Part shown: piece after piece, positions 18,889-27,975 of the stretch
How the letters are laid out: each line of letters starts with the position of its first letter
Position numbering within the stretch: the stretch's first letter is position 1
Source: Thermoplasmatales archaeon SG8-52-3
GTDB taxonomy: Archaea > Thermoplasmatota > E2 > DHVEG-1
Assembly: GCA_001595915.1 (NCBI GenBank)
Contig: LSSG01000053.1
Location: 69,416-131,306 of the forward strand
Length of the DNA: 61,891 nt
Reading direction: 5' to 3'
The notes under the pieces: model-generated
The model's input: the letters and a program-made list of their open reading frames with translations, nothing else
Database searches by the model: none
What the model was told of the DNA's origin: nothing
Translations under genes and position numbers: made by a program

Positions 18889-20799
18889 ATGCCTGTTGAT
18901 GATGTTTTACGTGAAATCAAAGGAAAAGTAAGAGGTGTAATTCCACCTAGTATCGATGTCTCAGATGTTGAGTTTGAAGGAGCTTTGATTGTTATTTATA
19001 CAAAGCATCCTGATAAATTTGCCAAAAATGAAGAACTTGTAAAGCAACTTGCAAAAATGCTTCAAAAGCGTATTGCAGTTAGACCTGATTCATCTGTTAT
19101 AACCGATATTGATACTGCTGAAAAAAAGATAAAAAAGATTATTCCAAAGGATGCTGAAATTACAAATATTTACTTTTTACCAGAAGTTGGAGAGGTTACT
19201 ATTGAAGCAATTAAACCAGGAGTTGCAATTGGTAAACAAGGTACTCTTTTAAATGAAATAAGAAAAACAATCAATTGGTCTCCAAAAATTGTTAGAACTC
19301 CTCCAATTCAATCAAAGACAGTCAAAGAAATTCGCGGATATCTAAGATCTATGAGTGAGGAACGAAAAGAGATTCTTAGAAAGGTTGGAAGAAGGCTTCA
19401 TAGAGGAGCATCAAATGGTGAAAAATTTGTTCGAGTAACTGCTCTTGGAGGATTTAGACAGGTAGGACGATCCTGCAGTCTACTTCACACACAAGATAGT
19501 AAGATTATGATTGACTGTGGAGTTGATGTTTCTTCGGAAAGTGCTACACCATATCTTCATTTACCTGAAGTTCTTCCTTTTGAAACCCTTGATGCAGTGG
19601 TAATATCCCATGCTCATCTAGATCACTCTGGTCTTGTTCCATTGTTGTATAAATATGGATATGATGGTCCTGTTTATTGTACATCTCCAACAAGAGATAT
19701 GAGTACTCTTCTTCAAATGGATTATCTCAAAGTTGCTGCAGCAGATGGAAAAAAGATACCATATTCAGCTGAAAATATTCGTGATTTGATTAAACATTGT
19801 ATAACTATAGATTATGGTGACACTACTGATATCACCCCTGATGTTAGACTTACATTTCATAATGCAGGTCATATTTTGGGATCTGCCATTGCACATTTTC
19901 ATGTAGGTGAAGGTCTTTATAATATTGCTTTTAGTGGAGACGTAAAATACGAGAGGACATGGCTTTTTAATCCAGCAATTAATCGTTTTCCACGCCTTGA
20001 AGCAATATTTATGGAATCTACATATGGCGGAAAGGAGGATTTTCAACCAAGTAGACAGGAAGCAACAGAACGACTTAATGACATAATTCAAAGTACAATA
20101 AAAAAGAAAGGAAAACTATTAATCCCTGTTTTTGCAGTTGGTAGAAGCCAAGAGGTAATGATTGTTCTCGAAAACCTTGTAAAAACAAAAAAGATACCAA
20201 AAATTTCTGTTTATCTTGACGGTATGATATGGGAAGCAACAGCAATTCATACCGCTTATCCAGAGTATCTAAATAACAAACTTAGAGCCCAAATATTCCA
20301 ACAAGGAGAAAATCCACTTCTTTCAGAGATTTTCAAAAGAGTTGATAGTAACGACATGAGACAAGACATATTAAATAATCATCCTGAGTCATGTGTTGTT
20401 CTTGCAACAAGTGGTATGATGAATGGTGGACCTGTTATGGAATATTTCAAGGACTGGGCACAAGATAAGAAAAACACAATTGCTTTCGTTGGTTATCAAG
20501 CTGAAGGAACCCTTGGTAAAAGGATACAAAAGGGTTGGGAAGAAATTCCATTAAATATTAGTGGAAATATTGTAAATGTTAAGATGAAAATGAGAGTTGA
20601 AACCTGTGATGGTTTTTCAGGTCATAGCGATCGTAGACAACTTCTAAACTATATAAATAATATGTCTCCACGCCCTGAAAGAATAATATTTGGTCATGGA
20701 GAAGAGTCAAAATGTCTTGATATATCTTCAACAGTTCACAAAAGATATAATGTAAATACAATTGCCCTTCATAACCTTGAGACGACAAGATTTAGATAA
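18889..20799 (+). CDS. Beta-CASP ribonuclease aCPSF1 (KH domains + metallo-beta-lactamase)
   Basis: N-terminal KH region, SHAHLDH, GHILGS, ESTYG, FSGHSD, HGE motifs; 636 aa. Confidence 0.96.
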   Translation: MPVDDVLREIKGKVRGVIPPSIDVSDVEFEGALIVIYTKHPDKFAKNEELVKQLAKMLQKRIAVRPDSSVITDIDTAEKKIKKIIPKDAEITNIYFLPEVGEVTIEAIKPGVAIGKQGTLLNEIRKTINWSPKIVRTPPIQSKTVKEIRGYLRSMSEERKEILRKVGRRLHRGASNGEKFVRVTALGGFRQVGRSCSLLHTQDSKIMIDCGVDVSSESATPYLHLPEVLPFETLDAVVISHAHLDHSGLVPLLYKYGYDGPVYCTSPTRDMSTLLQMDYLKVAAADGKKIPYSAENIRDLIKHCITIDYGDTTDITPDVRLTFHNAGHILGSAIAHFHVGEGLYNIAFSGDVKYERTWLFNPAINRFPRLEAIFMESTYGGKEDFQPSRQEATERLNDIIQSTIKKKGKLLIPVFAVGRSQEVMIVLENLVKTKKIPKISVYLDGMIWEATAIHTAYPEYLNNKLRAQIFQQGENPLLSEIFKRVDSNDMRQDILNNHPESCVVLATSGMMNGGPVMEYFKDWAQDKKNTIAFVGYQAEGTLGKRIQKGWEEIPLNISGNIVNVKMKMRVETCDGFSGHSDRRQLLNYINNMSPRPERIIFGHGEESKCLDISSTVHKRYNVNTIALHNLETTRFR

Positions 20800-20809
20800 A
20801 ATTAAATAT

Positions 20810-21718
20810 TTATTTACTTTTGAAGGGTTTTGCAAGATCCCATAAACTATTAAATTTTGTATCTAAAACTTCTATATCCTGCAAGTCAACATAAGCTGTT
20901 CCAACATAAGAGGGCTCATCACTTGTCTCAGGCAGTATTTTTATTCCATTTACTGCAATTTCTTTGCCAAATACAAAGTTACGCATTGTCCCTGAAACTT
21001 TCTCTGAAAAGTATCTAACCTCAAGTTTGTCACTATAAAGCTCTGTTAATTTTTTTATTGCGTCTTTATTTGTAGTATTATCAATAATAAGCTGAATTTT
21101 TGTATCAAGTTCTAGAAATTTCTTGAAATATTTTAAAAATGGATCATCAAAAAATCTTTCTCCACCGACCTGCATTTTAAGTCCATTACTGTTATCTAAA
21201 CAGTTGCTTAAAACATTATATAGAATCCACTTTCCACTATATTGCAATGTAACATTGCCATTTCTTTTGAGTTTAATTCCATACTTTTCAAAATTACTTG
21301 TATAATAATTACTGTATTCATTAATTCGATTTTCAATTATACTATATGTATCCTGAGCTATAACTTGTTTAAGTTCACTTTTAGAATCTTCCCAAATTGC
21401 TCTTGGATGTGCTGGAAGGTAGCTTTCTCGACCGAAATCCTGGTTTGTTTCATTTGAAAATAAAACTTTGGCAATCAGCCCATTTCTTAAGAGAGAAGCT
21501 CTACCTGTTTCTAGAGGGCGTCGTGTAATATTTGCAAATTCTTCTGCAACCTTTAAAAAATCAGAAAATTCCTTTGGACAATCAACAACCAATGTAACAT
21601 AATATACAGCAGCTTCACGAGGACGATCTACTTTCATCCTCTCAAACATCATTTCAAAATCCTGAATATGGTCTAATTTAACATGAGTTTTGAACTCACA
21701 TCCCATCGATCTCACCAA
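20810..21718 (-). CDS. Probable TrmB-like transcriptional regulator (winged HTH + PLD-like effector domain)
   Basis: RASLLRNGLIAKV..YLPAHPRAIW resembles the TrmB wing; C-terminal QLIID..EVRY..FNSLWDLAKP resembles the TrmB effector fold. Divergent. Confidence 0.5.
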   Translation of the reverse strand: MVRSMGCEFKTHVKLDHIQDFEMMFERMKVDRPREAAVYYVTLVVDCPKEFSDFLKVAEEFANITRRPLETGRASLLRNGLIAKVLFSNETNQDFGRESYLPAHPRAIWEDSKSELKQVIAQDTYSIIENRINEYSNYYTSNFEKYGIKLKRNGNVTLQYSGKWILYNVLSNCLDNSNGLKMQVGGERFFDDPFLKYFKKFLELDTKIQLIIDNTTNKDAIKKLTELYSDKLEVRYFSEKVSGTMRNFVFGKEIAVNGIKILPETSDEPSYVGTAYVDLQDIEVLDTKFNSLWDLAKPFKSK

Positions 21719-21838
21719 TCCTTTTTTTATAAATAATTCTACTGTATCCTGCTTTAAATGGAAAAATGTATTTGGATTTTATATAATTTTTGGATGCATA
21801 AGCAGAAGAATATGCATATTCCAACATATAATGATATA

Positions 21839-21854
21839 TTGTAACATTTATATA
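21839..21854 (+). promoter_or_regulatory. TTGTAACA-TATA promoter class
   Basis: TTGTAACATTTATATA about 40 nt upstream of GTG 21895. Confidence 0.6.
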
Positions 21855-21894
21855 CTCTTTATTTGATTAATTTATTAGAGGGAGGCTTTAGGAA

Positions 21895-22404
21895 GTGAAT
21901 AAAGAAATCCTTATTGCAATTCTCTTTACAATTATTATGATAGTTACACCTTTCATAACAGTTGCCAGAGAAAATAAGATAAGCAATAATCTAACGGATC
22001 AACCAAATATTAAGGAACTTGTTATTCAACTAAATGTATTAATAAAAAAGATATCACAATTATATGGATATATCCCATTAGTTGATTCTCTATGCAATAG
22101 AATAATTGGAATATTAAACACAATTGTTTTGTTTATGTTCTGTGCTATTTTTGGATTATTTGTTGCTATCCCTCTAGCAATAATAATGTTAATTTTATTT
22201 TTCTCAGGAATTACAAATACCTATATAGGCCAAGCAATCTTTTATACTTTGTTTTTAATTTTTTTCATATGGGATTATAATTGCAATTTTATTACATTTC
22301 CTGTAGTTAGTCTTTTGGAAAATTTAATAAAACCAATATTTACAGTAAAAAACAAAAATGATATATTAGAGCTTTATAGAGAATGTCCTTGTATAAGTAA
22401 TTAG
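21895..22404 (+). CDS. Hypothetical secreted/membrane protein, Cys-containing
   Basis: GGAGG RBS, GTG start, signal peptide, two hydrophobic helices, C-terminal ECPC. Confidence 0.65.
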   Translation: MNKEILIAILFTIIMIVTPFITVARENKISNNLTDQPNIKELVIQLNVLIKKISQLYGYIPLVDSLCNRIIGILNTIVLFMFCAIFGLFVAIPLAIIMLILFFSGITNTYIGQAIFYTLFLIFFIWDYNCNFITFPVVSLLENLIKPIFTVKNKNDILELYRECPCISN

Positions 22405-22443
22405 TAAAATTTTTATATTTTATTTTCTTTATTTTTAAATATG

Positions 22444-22950
22444 TTAATTTTTTAGTTTTATTACTAAGTTTGCTACTCTTCTACCAAGTTTTATTGCATT
22501 TTTTTCAGTTTCCTTATCAGGAGCACCAATGCAAGCAACACCATAGTGACCAGTAGCATCAAGTGGATCACCAACTATTATCATTCCATAAATTAAAAAT
22601 GCTTGAATAATTGACATTATAGTTGTTTCTTTTCCACCAGATTCATCGCCAGATGTTACAAATGCAGCACCAATTTTATCACCCATCTTTTTACGTACAC
22701 CTACAAATCTATCAAACATATCTTTTAATTCAGCAGCCATTGTTCCAAAATATACAGGTGAACCTGCAATAATTCCATTTGATGAAATAAAATCATCCTT
22801 TGTTACTTTTGATGCTGGTTTTAATATACAATCAACCTTTTCCACATCTTTTACGCCCTTAGCAATCATCTGTGCTAGTTTTTTTGTATTACCTGATTTT
22901 GAAAAATAAGTAACCAATACTTTTAATGATTTATTCATAATAACTCCCAT
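22444..22950 (-). CDS. Flavodoxin-like / WrbA family NAD(P)H-dependent oxidoreductase
   Basis: YFSKSGNT phosphate loop, GSPVYFG, GGKETT motifs. Confidence 0.88.
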   Translation of the reverse strand: MGVIMNKSLKVLVTYFSKSGNTKKLAQMIAKGVKDVEKVDCILKPASKVTKDDFISSNGIIAGSPVYFGTMAAELKDMFDRFVGVRKKMGDKIGAAFVTSGDESGGKETTIMSIIQAFLIYGMIIVGDPLDATGHYGVACIGAPDKETEKNAIKLGRRVANLVIKLKN

Positions 22951-23054
22951 TCAAGTTAAACAACAAAGGAATTTAATTATTGTATAAAAACATACCTTTT
23001 GAAAAATATATATAAAAAAACTTATTCTTCTTTATATATTCAACAAATAGATAT

Positions 23055-23207
23055 ATGAGACCAAGATTTAAAACACCGATTAATCGAAAATATTTTCATA
23101 AAAAACAAAAAATCGATAAAAAGGATATGTCTTATCTTAAGAAAAGAATAGCCTTTTTAAATCAGAAAAAAATTAAAAAAGAGTCAGAAAAAAAAGAAAA
23201 GTATTAA
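23055..23207 (+). CDS. Small very basic hypothetical protein (50 aa)
   Basis: Hand-translated MRPRFKTPINRKYFHKKQKIDKKDMSYLKKRIAFLNQKKIKKESEKKEKY; TTTATATA about 20 nt upstream (leaderless geometry). Not in ORF track. Confidence 0.45.
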   Translation: MRPRFKTPINRKYFHKKQKIDKKDMSYLKKRIAFLNQKKIKKESEKKEKY

Positions 23208-23229
23208 ATTTATAATTATATGCTTTTAT

Positions 23230-23481
23230 TTAACTTTTTTTAAAATCTATTGCTTTGAAATATTTTCTACAGTCTCTCTTAATATTAGCCATTTGTTGTT
23301 GTGGAATTTTAAATGAATATTGAGCATATTCTAAAGCAAATATCAAACCATGAATAAAAGCACCTAACTTGTAATTTTTATCTTTACTAAGTTTAAATAT
23401 TTCATCAGCTATTTTTATTGCATCTTCAACAGTATAAGGAGTTGTTGAAGCTTTTGTTTTATGTTCATGTTCATGAGGCAT
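23230..23481 (-). CDS. Hypothetical helical protein (83 aa)
   Basis: Clean ORF with TATA-like element upstream; no recognisable motif. Confidence 0.65.
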   Translation of the reverse strand: MPHEHEHKTKASTTPYTVEDAIKIADEIFKLSKDKNYKLGAFIHGLIFALEYAQYSFKIPQQQMANIKRDCRKYFKAIDFKKS

Positions 23482-23535
23482 AAAGCAGCGTATAAACTTC
23501 TACTATAAATTTTTTTTTAGAAATTAATGTTTGGG

Positions 23536-23617
23536 AAAAAAAGAAGGTGGGCCGGCCTCGATAGGAGGGGATGGGATGCACTCTAATAAAACTACCAGCC
23601 CGATTCCTTCCATCACC
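23536..23617 (-). ncRNA. Candidate small RNA (GC-rich, structured, with own promoter and oligo-T end)
   Basis: Minus strand: GAAGG/CCTTC and GGGCTGG/CCGGCCC closing stems, then T7; GC-rich island in an AT-rich intergenic region. Confidence 0.5.
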
Positions 23618-23632
23618 TAGTATTTAGCCGTA

Positions 23633-23650
23633 GTTTAAGTATCTTTTTCG
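23633..23650 (-). promoter_or_regulatory. BRE-TATA of candidate sRNA
   Basis: Minus strand CGAAAAAGA-TACTTAAAC about 20-25 nt before the structured segment. Confidence 0.45.
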
Positions 23651-23654
23651 CAGA

Positions 23655-23676
23655 TGTATATGTAAGCACATATACA
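23655..23676. repeat. Perfect inverted repeat
   Basis: TGTATATGT-aagc-ACATATACA. Confidence 0.6.
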
Positions 23677-23725
23677 GCTAATTCACCAATTTATATTGTC
23701 AGTCTTTTTTTTATTTAGTGATTTA

Positions 23726-25177
23726 CTATTCGCCACCTATATTTACTTTAATATAGAACAATAATACCTTTGCACCTTGATTTCTTGAATCTGAGGGACC
23801 ATCATCAATTTCCGCTGTTACATATACACGAGTCTTTCCAAATCCTATAATCATTTTTGAGCTGATTGAAACCTCTCCCCCTGCAGGAATATTATCAATA
23901 ACTCCTGAATTTTCTCCATCAAGAATAAGTGTACCGCCATCAAGATGGATTGTCCATGATATATTTTCTGCTGGTAATTCTCCAATATTTTTTATTTTTG
24001 TATTAACTTTAAATAGTCCACCTTTAATCATATCAATTTCTAGTTCTGGACCACCAACAATGTGAATTGATAGTGGAGTTGACCAGTCTGTTTCTATACT
24101 TCCATTATCATCTTTTGCCTTAACTCTTATTTCAAAATTACCCGCATAATCCCAGAAGTGAGATGCTGTTACAATATCTCCAGAGGGATAAGATCCAAGC
24201 CAATTACTATAGGATCCATCACCCCAATCAAATTTATATAAAATATTGTCATTATCTGGATCTGTTGTACTACTTGTGAAATTATATTCTATTCCAGATA
24301 CTCCTTCATCGGGTCCATCAGGTTTTTCAGGAGTTTCTGGAGGTGTACTTGAACTTGGTGTGGCAGCTATTGTTTCATCTACATAATAAGCATCAAAGGG
24401 ATTTCCAGATGGCGGATCTGAATAACCTTGATTCCATTCAGAGTTGAAAACTCCAAGAATTACCATAATATTATCCATAGTTAAATCGGGATTATTCCAT
24501 GAGGATCCATCCCAATTTGAGCTATCTGAATATGTTTCTCCTGCAGGAATTGAAATATCTTCATCAAATGCTAAATCTAATAAACTATGGTGATAGTCAG
24601 CATTAGCATAATCCTTCCATCGTGAAACAATTTCCACAATATATGCTCGTATATGACCCGTGTATGTACTGGTTTCGTTATTTTGTATGTTAATATCAAC
24701 TTTTATTTGTTCTTCTTCAATCCAAGATACTCTCATTTCAGCATGTATATCTGGTACAGATCTTGCACCACAAATATCCATTTGTGAGGTATATTCGGTC
24801 CAAGTATCGTATCCGCCAAGTACAACTCCATATCCACCATCAAACCAGGTTGTTGGATATCCAGCTATATTAAAATTATTTATTCTCTCAACAGCTATTG
24901 GATTTGAATCTACAAGTTCAATATATTCAAAATTATAATTTCCATTTGTATATATATCATACATAACAGCGTTTGTAAATTGACACCAATAACACCAGGA
25001 ACCAGTTCCAATTTCTGCTAATACTTTATGTGTATAATCACGTTCTGAATCAATTGTTTTATCATAATATTTGGTTTCCAATTCGATTTTTTCATTTCCA
25101 TTATTGAATGCAACAGCATTTATTCCACTTAGGATTAAAAATCCTATTATACTTATTAAGAATATTTTATTCCTTTT
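23726..25177 (-). CDS. Secreted Omp28-like CxxC protein with PKD-like domain and GG/GFG C-terminal domain; canonical start missing
   Basis: EIGTGSWCYWC, AGYPTTWFDGG; the frame stays open upstream of TTG 25081 through a signal peptide (KRNKIFLISIIGFLILSGINAVA) with no in-frame ATG/GTG/TTG. Confidence 0.7.
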   Translation of the reverse strand, partial: KRNKIFLISIIGFLILSGINAVAFNNGNEKIELETKYYDKTIDSERDYTHKVLAEIGTGSWCYWCQFTNAVMYDIYTNGNYNFEYIELVDSNPIAVERINNFNIAGYPTTWFDGGYGVVLGGYDTWTEYTSQMDICGARSVPDIHAEMRVSWIEEEQIKVDINIQNNETSTYTGHIRAYIVEIVSRWKDYANADYHHSLLDLAFDEDISIPAGETYSDSSNWDGSSWNNPDLTMDNIMVILGVFNSEWNQGYSDPPSGNPFDAYYVDETIAATPSSSTPPETPEKPDGPDEGVSGIEYNFTSSTTDPDNDNILYKFDWGDGSYSNWLGSYPSGDIVTASHFWDYAGNFEIRVKAKDDNGSIETDWSTPLSIHIVGGPELEIDMIKGGLFKVNTKIKNIGELPAENISWTIHLDGGTLILDGENSGVIDNIPAGGEVSISSKMIIGFGKTRVYVTAEIDDGPSDSRNQGAKVLLFYIKVNIGGE

Positions 25178-25477
25178 ATTACTCCCTTAATTATCATATC
25201 ATAGTTCGAATATAAAAATGTTATATATATTTATTAGTAAAATTAAGTTAGAAGATTTCATTAATACATATTTTTTGAATTTATGTATCCTTTAAAACTT
25301 AAATATAAATTAAATATGGCATGTATAATTTTTTTATTTAACATATTTATTTTAAAGATTTTATAGGGAAAATATTTAAAAGGATATCTTATAATTAATA
25401 AATAATAGTACAAAATTATATATTCCAAAAAAGTTAAAAAGGAAACAAAATATCTTAGATATAGGGGGTAAATCAGA

Positions 25478-27946
25478 ATGGAAAAATTTCTACCAATAAT
25501 AGTAGTAGTAACATTAGTTTTAAGTGGAATTGGAGCTGTTGCTGTAAGCGAAGATACTAACAATTTATATGAAATACAAAAAATAAGAAATATAGTAAAC
25601 ATAGATTCTTCATCTTTAATATTAAAGGAATCAACAGAAGATTTTATTGAAATTGAGTTTGAAGATACATCTTCATATCTCATGAGTCCATGTAAACCTA
25701 TTTTACCAAAGATTGTGAAAACTTTTGAGCTTCCTTTTGGTGTTTATGATGTCGAAATCGAATTAAATGAAGGAAATATAAAAGAATTAGATATAAATCA
25801 AAAAATTCGTCCTGCACCAATACATCTTCCATTGATTTCTTTGGAAAATGAAATTGATATCAATACTATAAACAAAAAAGATGAATCTGTGTATTTAAGC
25901 TCTGAGATGTATCCTTCAACATGGTATAAATCATTTGTTCGTTGTGGACTTAACTCCAAAAACGAAAGAGTAACCCATCTAACTCTACATATTTATCCTA
26001 TTAGATACGCTCCAGCATTAGATGAAATTTTTATTATGGAAAAATCAGATATTATTATAAATTATAAAATACCGGATACAAGTCCATTTACTATCGATAC
26101 TGAATATGATTTGGTAATTATTACTCCTGACAAATTTTCAAGTCTTTTACAAAAATTAGTTGAACATAAGAATAGTTATGGTGTTAATACCTTTATAAAA
26201 ACAACAGAAGAAATATATGATGAATATGAGGGTGTTGATTATCCCGAAGAAATAAAACTCTTTATAAAGGATGCAATTGAGACAAACAATATTACTTACG
26301 TCTTACTTGTTGGAGGGCTAAAAAATAAAATTTTGGCAAATCCTAGGGAGAATAAAAATTATGGTATAATAGGATGGCATCTACCTGTTAGATATAATAA
26401 CTATATTGATGATCCTGAACATCCTTTAACTATCGCAAAGATTCATGATCCAGGTGTAATTACCGATCTTTATTACGCAGACATATATAAAGAAGGTGGA
26501 GAGTTTGAGGATTGGGATTCAAACGACGACGGTATTATTGCTGCTTGGAACCTTGAAGGTTATGAAAATGATACAATTGATCTAGAACCTGACGTTTGTG
26601 TTGGAAGACTTGCCTGCAGAGATAAAACAGAAGTTAAAAATGTTGTAAATAAGATAATTAACTATGAAACAACAACTGCAGGAAGTGAATGGTTCAAAAA
26701 GGTAATTACAATATCAGGGGATGGTTTCCTTGATCAGATAGATCTTGATTTCCAGTGGGATACTAGTACTCTTCCAGATGGTGAGTACACAATATTTGCA
26801 CAAAGTGAAAACGATTATGATATTTCTGGACCAATCGAAGAAATTCATGTTACTCTTGATAGAACAGTGGAAACATCTATTACGTTTAATCATAATGATC
26901 ATGAAAGAGCCACAGATTATCCTTCACCACCTATCGCTGAGATAGTATCAATAACAGATGGAGATATATTAGGCAATACTAATGTCTTTGAAAATATCAG
27001 TGAAAGCCTTGCATATGGAAATTCTGTCACTGGTTGGGCAAATATAAACTATACAGATGGAATTTTACATATTCGTGGAAAAACATATGATCCTAAACCC
27101 TATGGAGTTGTTACAGATATTCATGTATGGGTTGAAAACAGTGAAAATGATATAATTTTCTCAGATTGGAGATATGAGTCAAAAACCTATTATGAAGGGG
27201 AATGGGTTGTTGGTGAAGAAACTATTTCAGGTGACCCTGGTGCTACTTATTATGTTACTGAAGATTTTGATGTAGAACATCTTTGGGCATCTAATGGAAA
27301 ACTAACTGGCCCAGATGACATTATTGAGGCATTAAGTCAAGGGTGTGGTTTTGCATTCTTCTCAGGACATGGAAGTCCAAATGTTTGGACTGATCATTAT
27401 CCTGGTATACCCGGTGGTCGAGGATATGGAAGTATTCCTAGTTTCAAGGTTTCAAATATCAAGATATACCCAAAATTTGTTCAATTACCAATTTTCCCTA
27501 TGAAAAAATTAACAAACACAAATAAACCTCCAGTAGTAATTGTTGGAGGATGTCATAACAGCCAGTTCAATGTAACAATGATACCTGCAATGTTAGATAT
27601 TTACAATAAGAAAAACACTTGGTGTCATGGTACTGCTGTTCCAGAGTGCTTCAGCTGGTATCTTGTAAAACTTCCAAAAACAGGAGCTATTGCTAGTATT
27701 GGAAACACTGGTCTTGGTTATGGAGTTTTAGGAGAAGATTGTACTAGGGAGGGTCTTGATGGAGGAATTGGAATTGAATTTTATAAACAGTACTTCCAAG
27801 AAGGTTATCATGTTTTAGGTGAGACCTTCAAAGAAACACAAATATCATATGTTTCTCAATTTGACCTAGATTTTCTTGATCATGCAAAATCTTTAACTCA
27901 ATGGGTCCTTTTAGGTGATCCTAGTTTAATGATTGGTGGATATTAA
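25478..27946 (+). CDS. Secreted C25 (gingipain-like) cysteine peptidase with propeptide
   Basis: Signal peptide, propeptide, YVLLVG, DLYYAD, VGRLAC, FSGHGS (His), GGCHN (Cys), LLGDPSL end. Confidence 0.9.
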   Translation: MEKFLPIIVVVTLVLSGIGAVAVSEDTNNLYEIQKIRNIVNIDSSSLILKESTEDFIEIEFEDTSSYLMSPCKPILPKIVKTFELPFGVYDVEIELNEGNIKELDINQKIRPAPIHLPLISLENEIDINTINKKDESVYLSSEMYPSTWYKSFVRCGLNSKNERVTHLTLHIYPIRYAPALDEIFIMEKSDIIINYKIPDTSPFTIDTEYDLVIITPDKFSSLLQKLVEHKNSYGVNTFIKTTEEIYDEYEGVDYPEEIKLFIKDAIETNNITYVLLVGGLKNKILANPRENKNYGIIGWHLPVRYNNYIDDPEHPLTIAKIHDPGVITDLYYADIYKEGGEFEDWDSNDDGIIAAWNLEGYENDTIDLEPDVCVGRLACRDKTEVKNVVNKIINYETTTAGSEWFKKVITISGDGFLDQIDLDFQWDTSTLPDGEYTIFAQSENDYDISGPIEEIHVTLDRTVETSITFNHNDHERATDYPSPPIAEIVSITDGDILGNTNVFENISESLAYGNSVTGWANINYTDGILHIRGKTYDPKPYGVVTDIHVWVENSENDIIFSDWRYESKTYYEGEWVVGEETISGDPGATYYVTEDFDVEHLWASNGKLTGPDDIIEALSQGCGFAFFSGHGSPNVWTDHYPGIPGGRGYGSIPSFKVSNIKIYPKFVQLPIFPMKKLTNTNKPPVVIVGGCHNSQFNVTMIPAMLDIYNKKNTWCHGTAVPECFSWYLVKLPKTGAIASIGNTGLGYGVLGEDCTREGLDGGIGIEFYKQYFQEGYHVLGETFKETQISYVSQFDLDFLDHAKSLTQWVLLGDPSLMIGGY

Positions 27947-27975
27947 TAATCTCCTTTTTTTTTCTTTTTAAAAAT

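Noticed and set aside
23530-23614. 29-codon ORF MEGIGLVVLLECIPSPPIEAGPPSFFPKH, or a C/D box guide RNA reading of the same DNA
   Set aside because: The ORF runs through the oligo-T tract and long stems; box C is imperfect and no CTGA box D is present. The sRNA reading is preferred.
25261-25683. 140-aa minus-strand ORF
   Set aside because: Overlaps the C25 gene start and promoter DNA; low-complexity translation.
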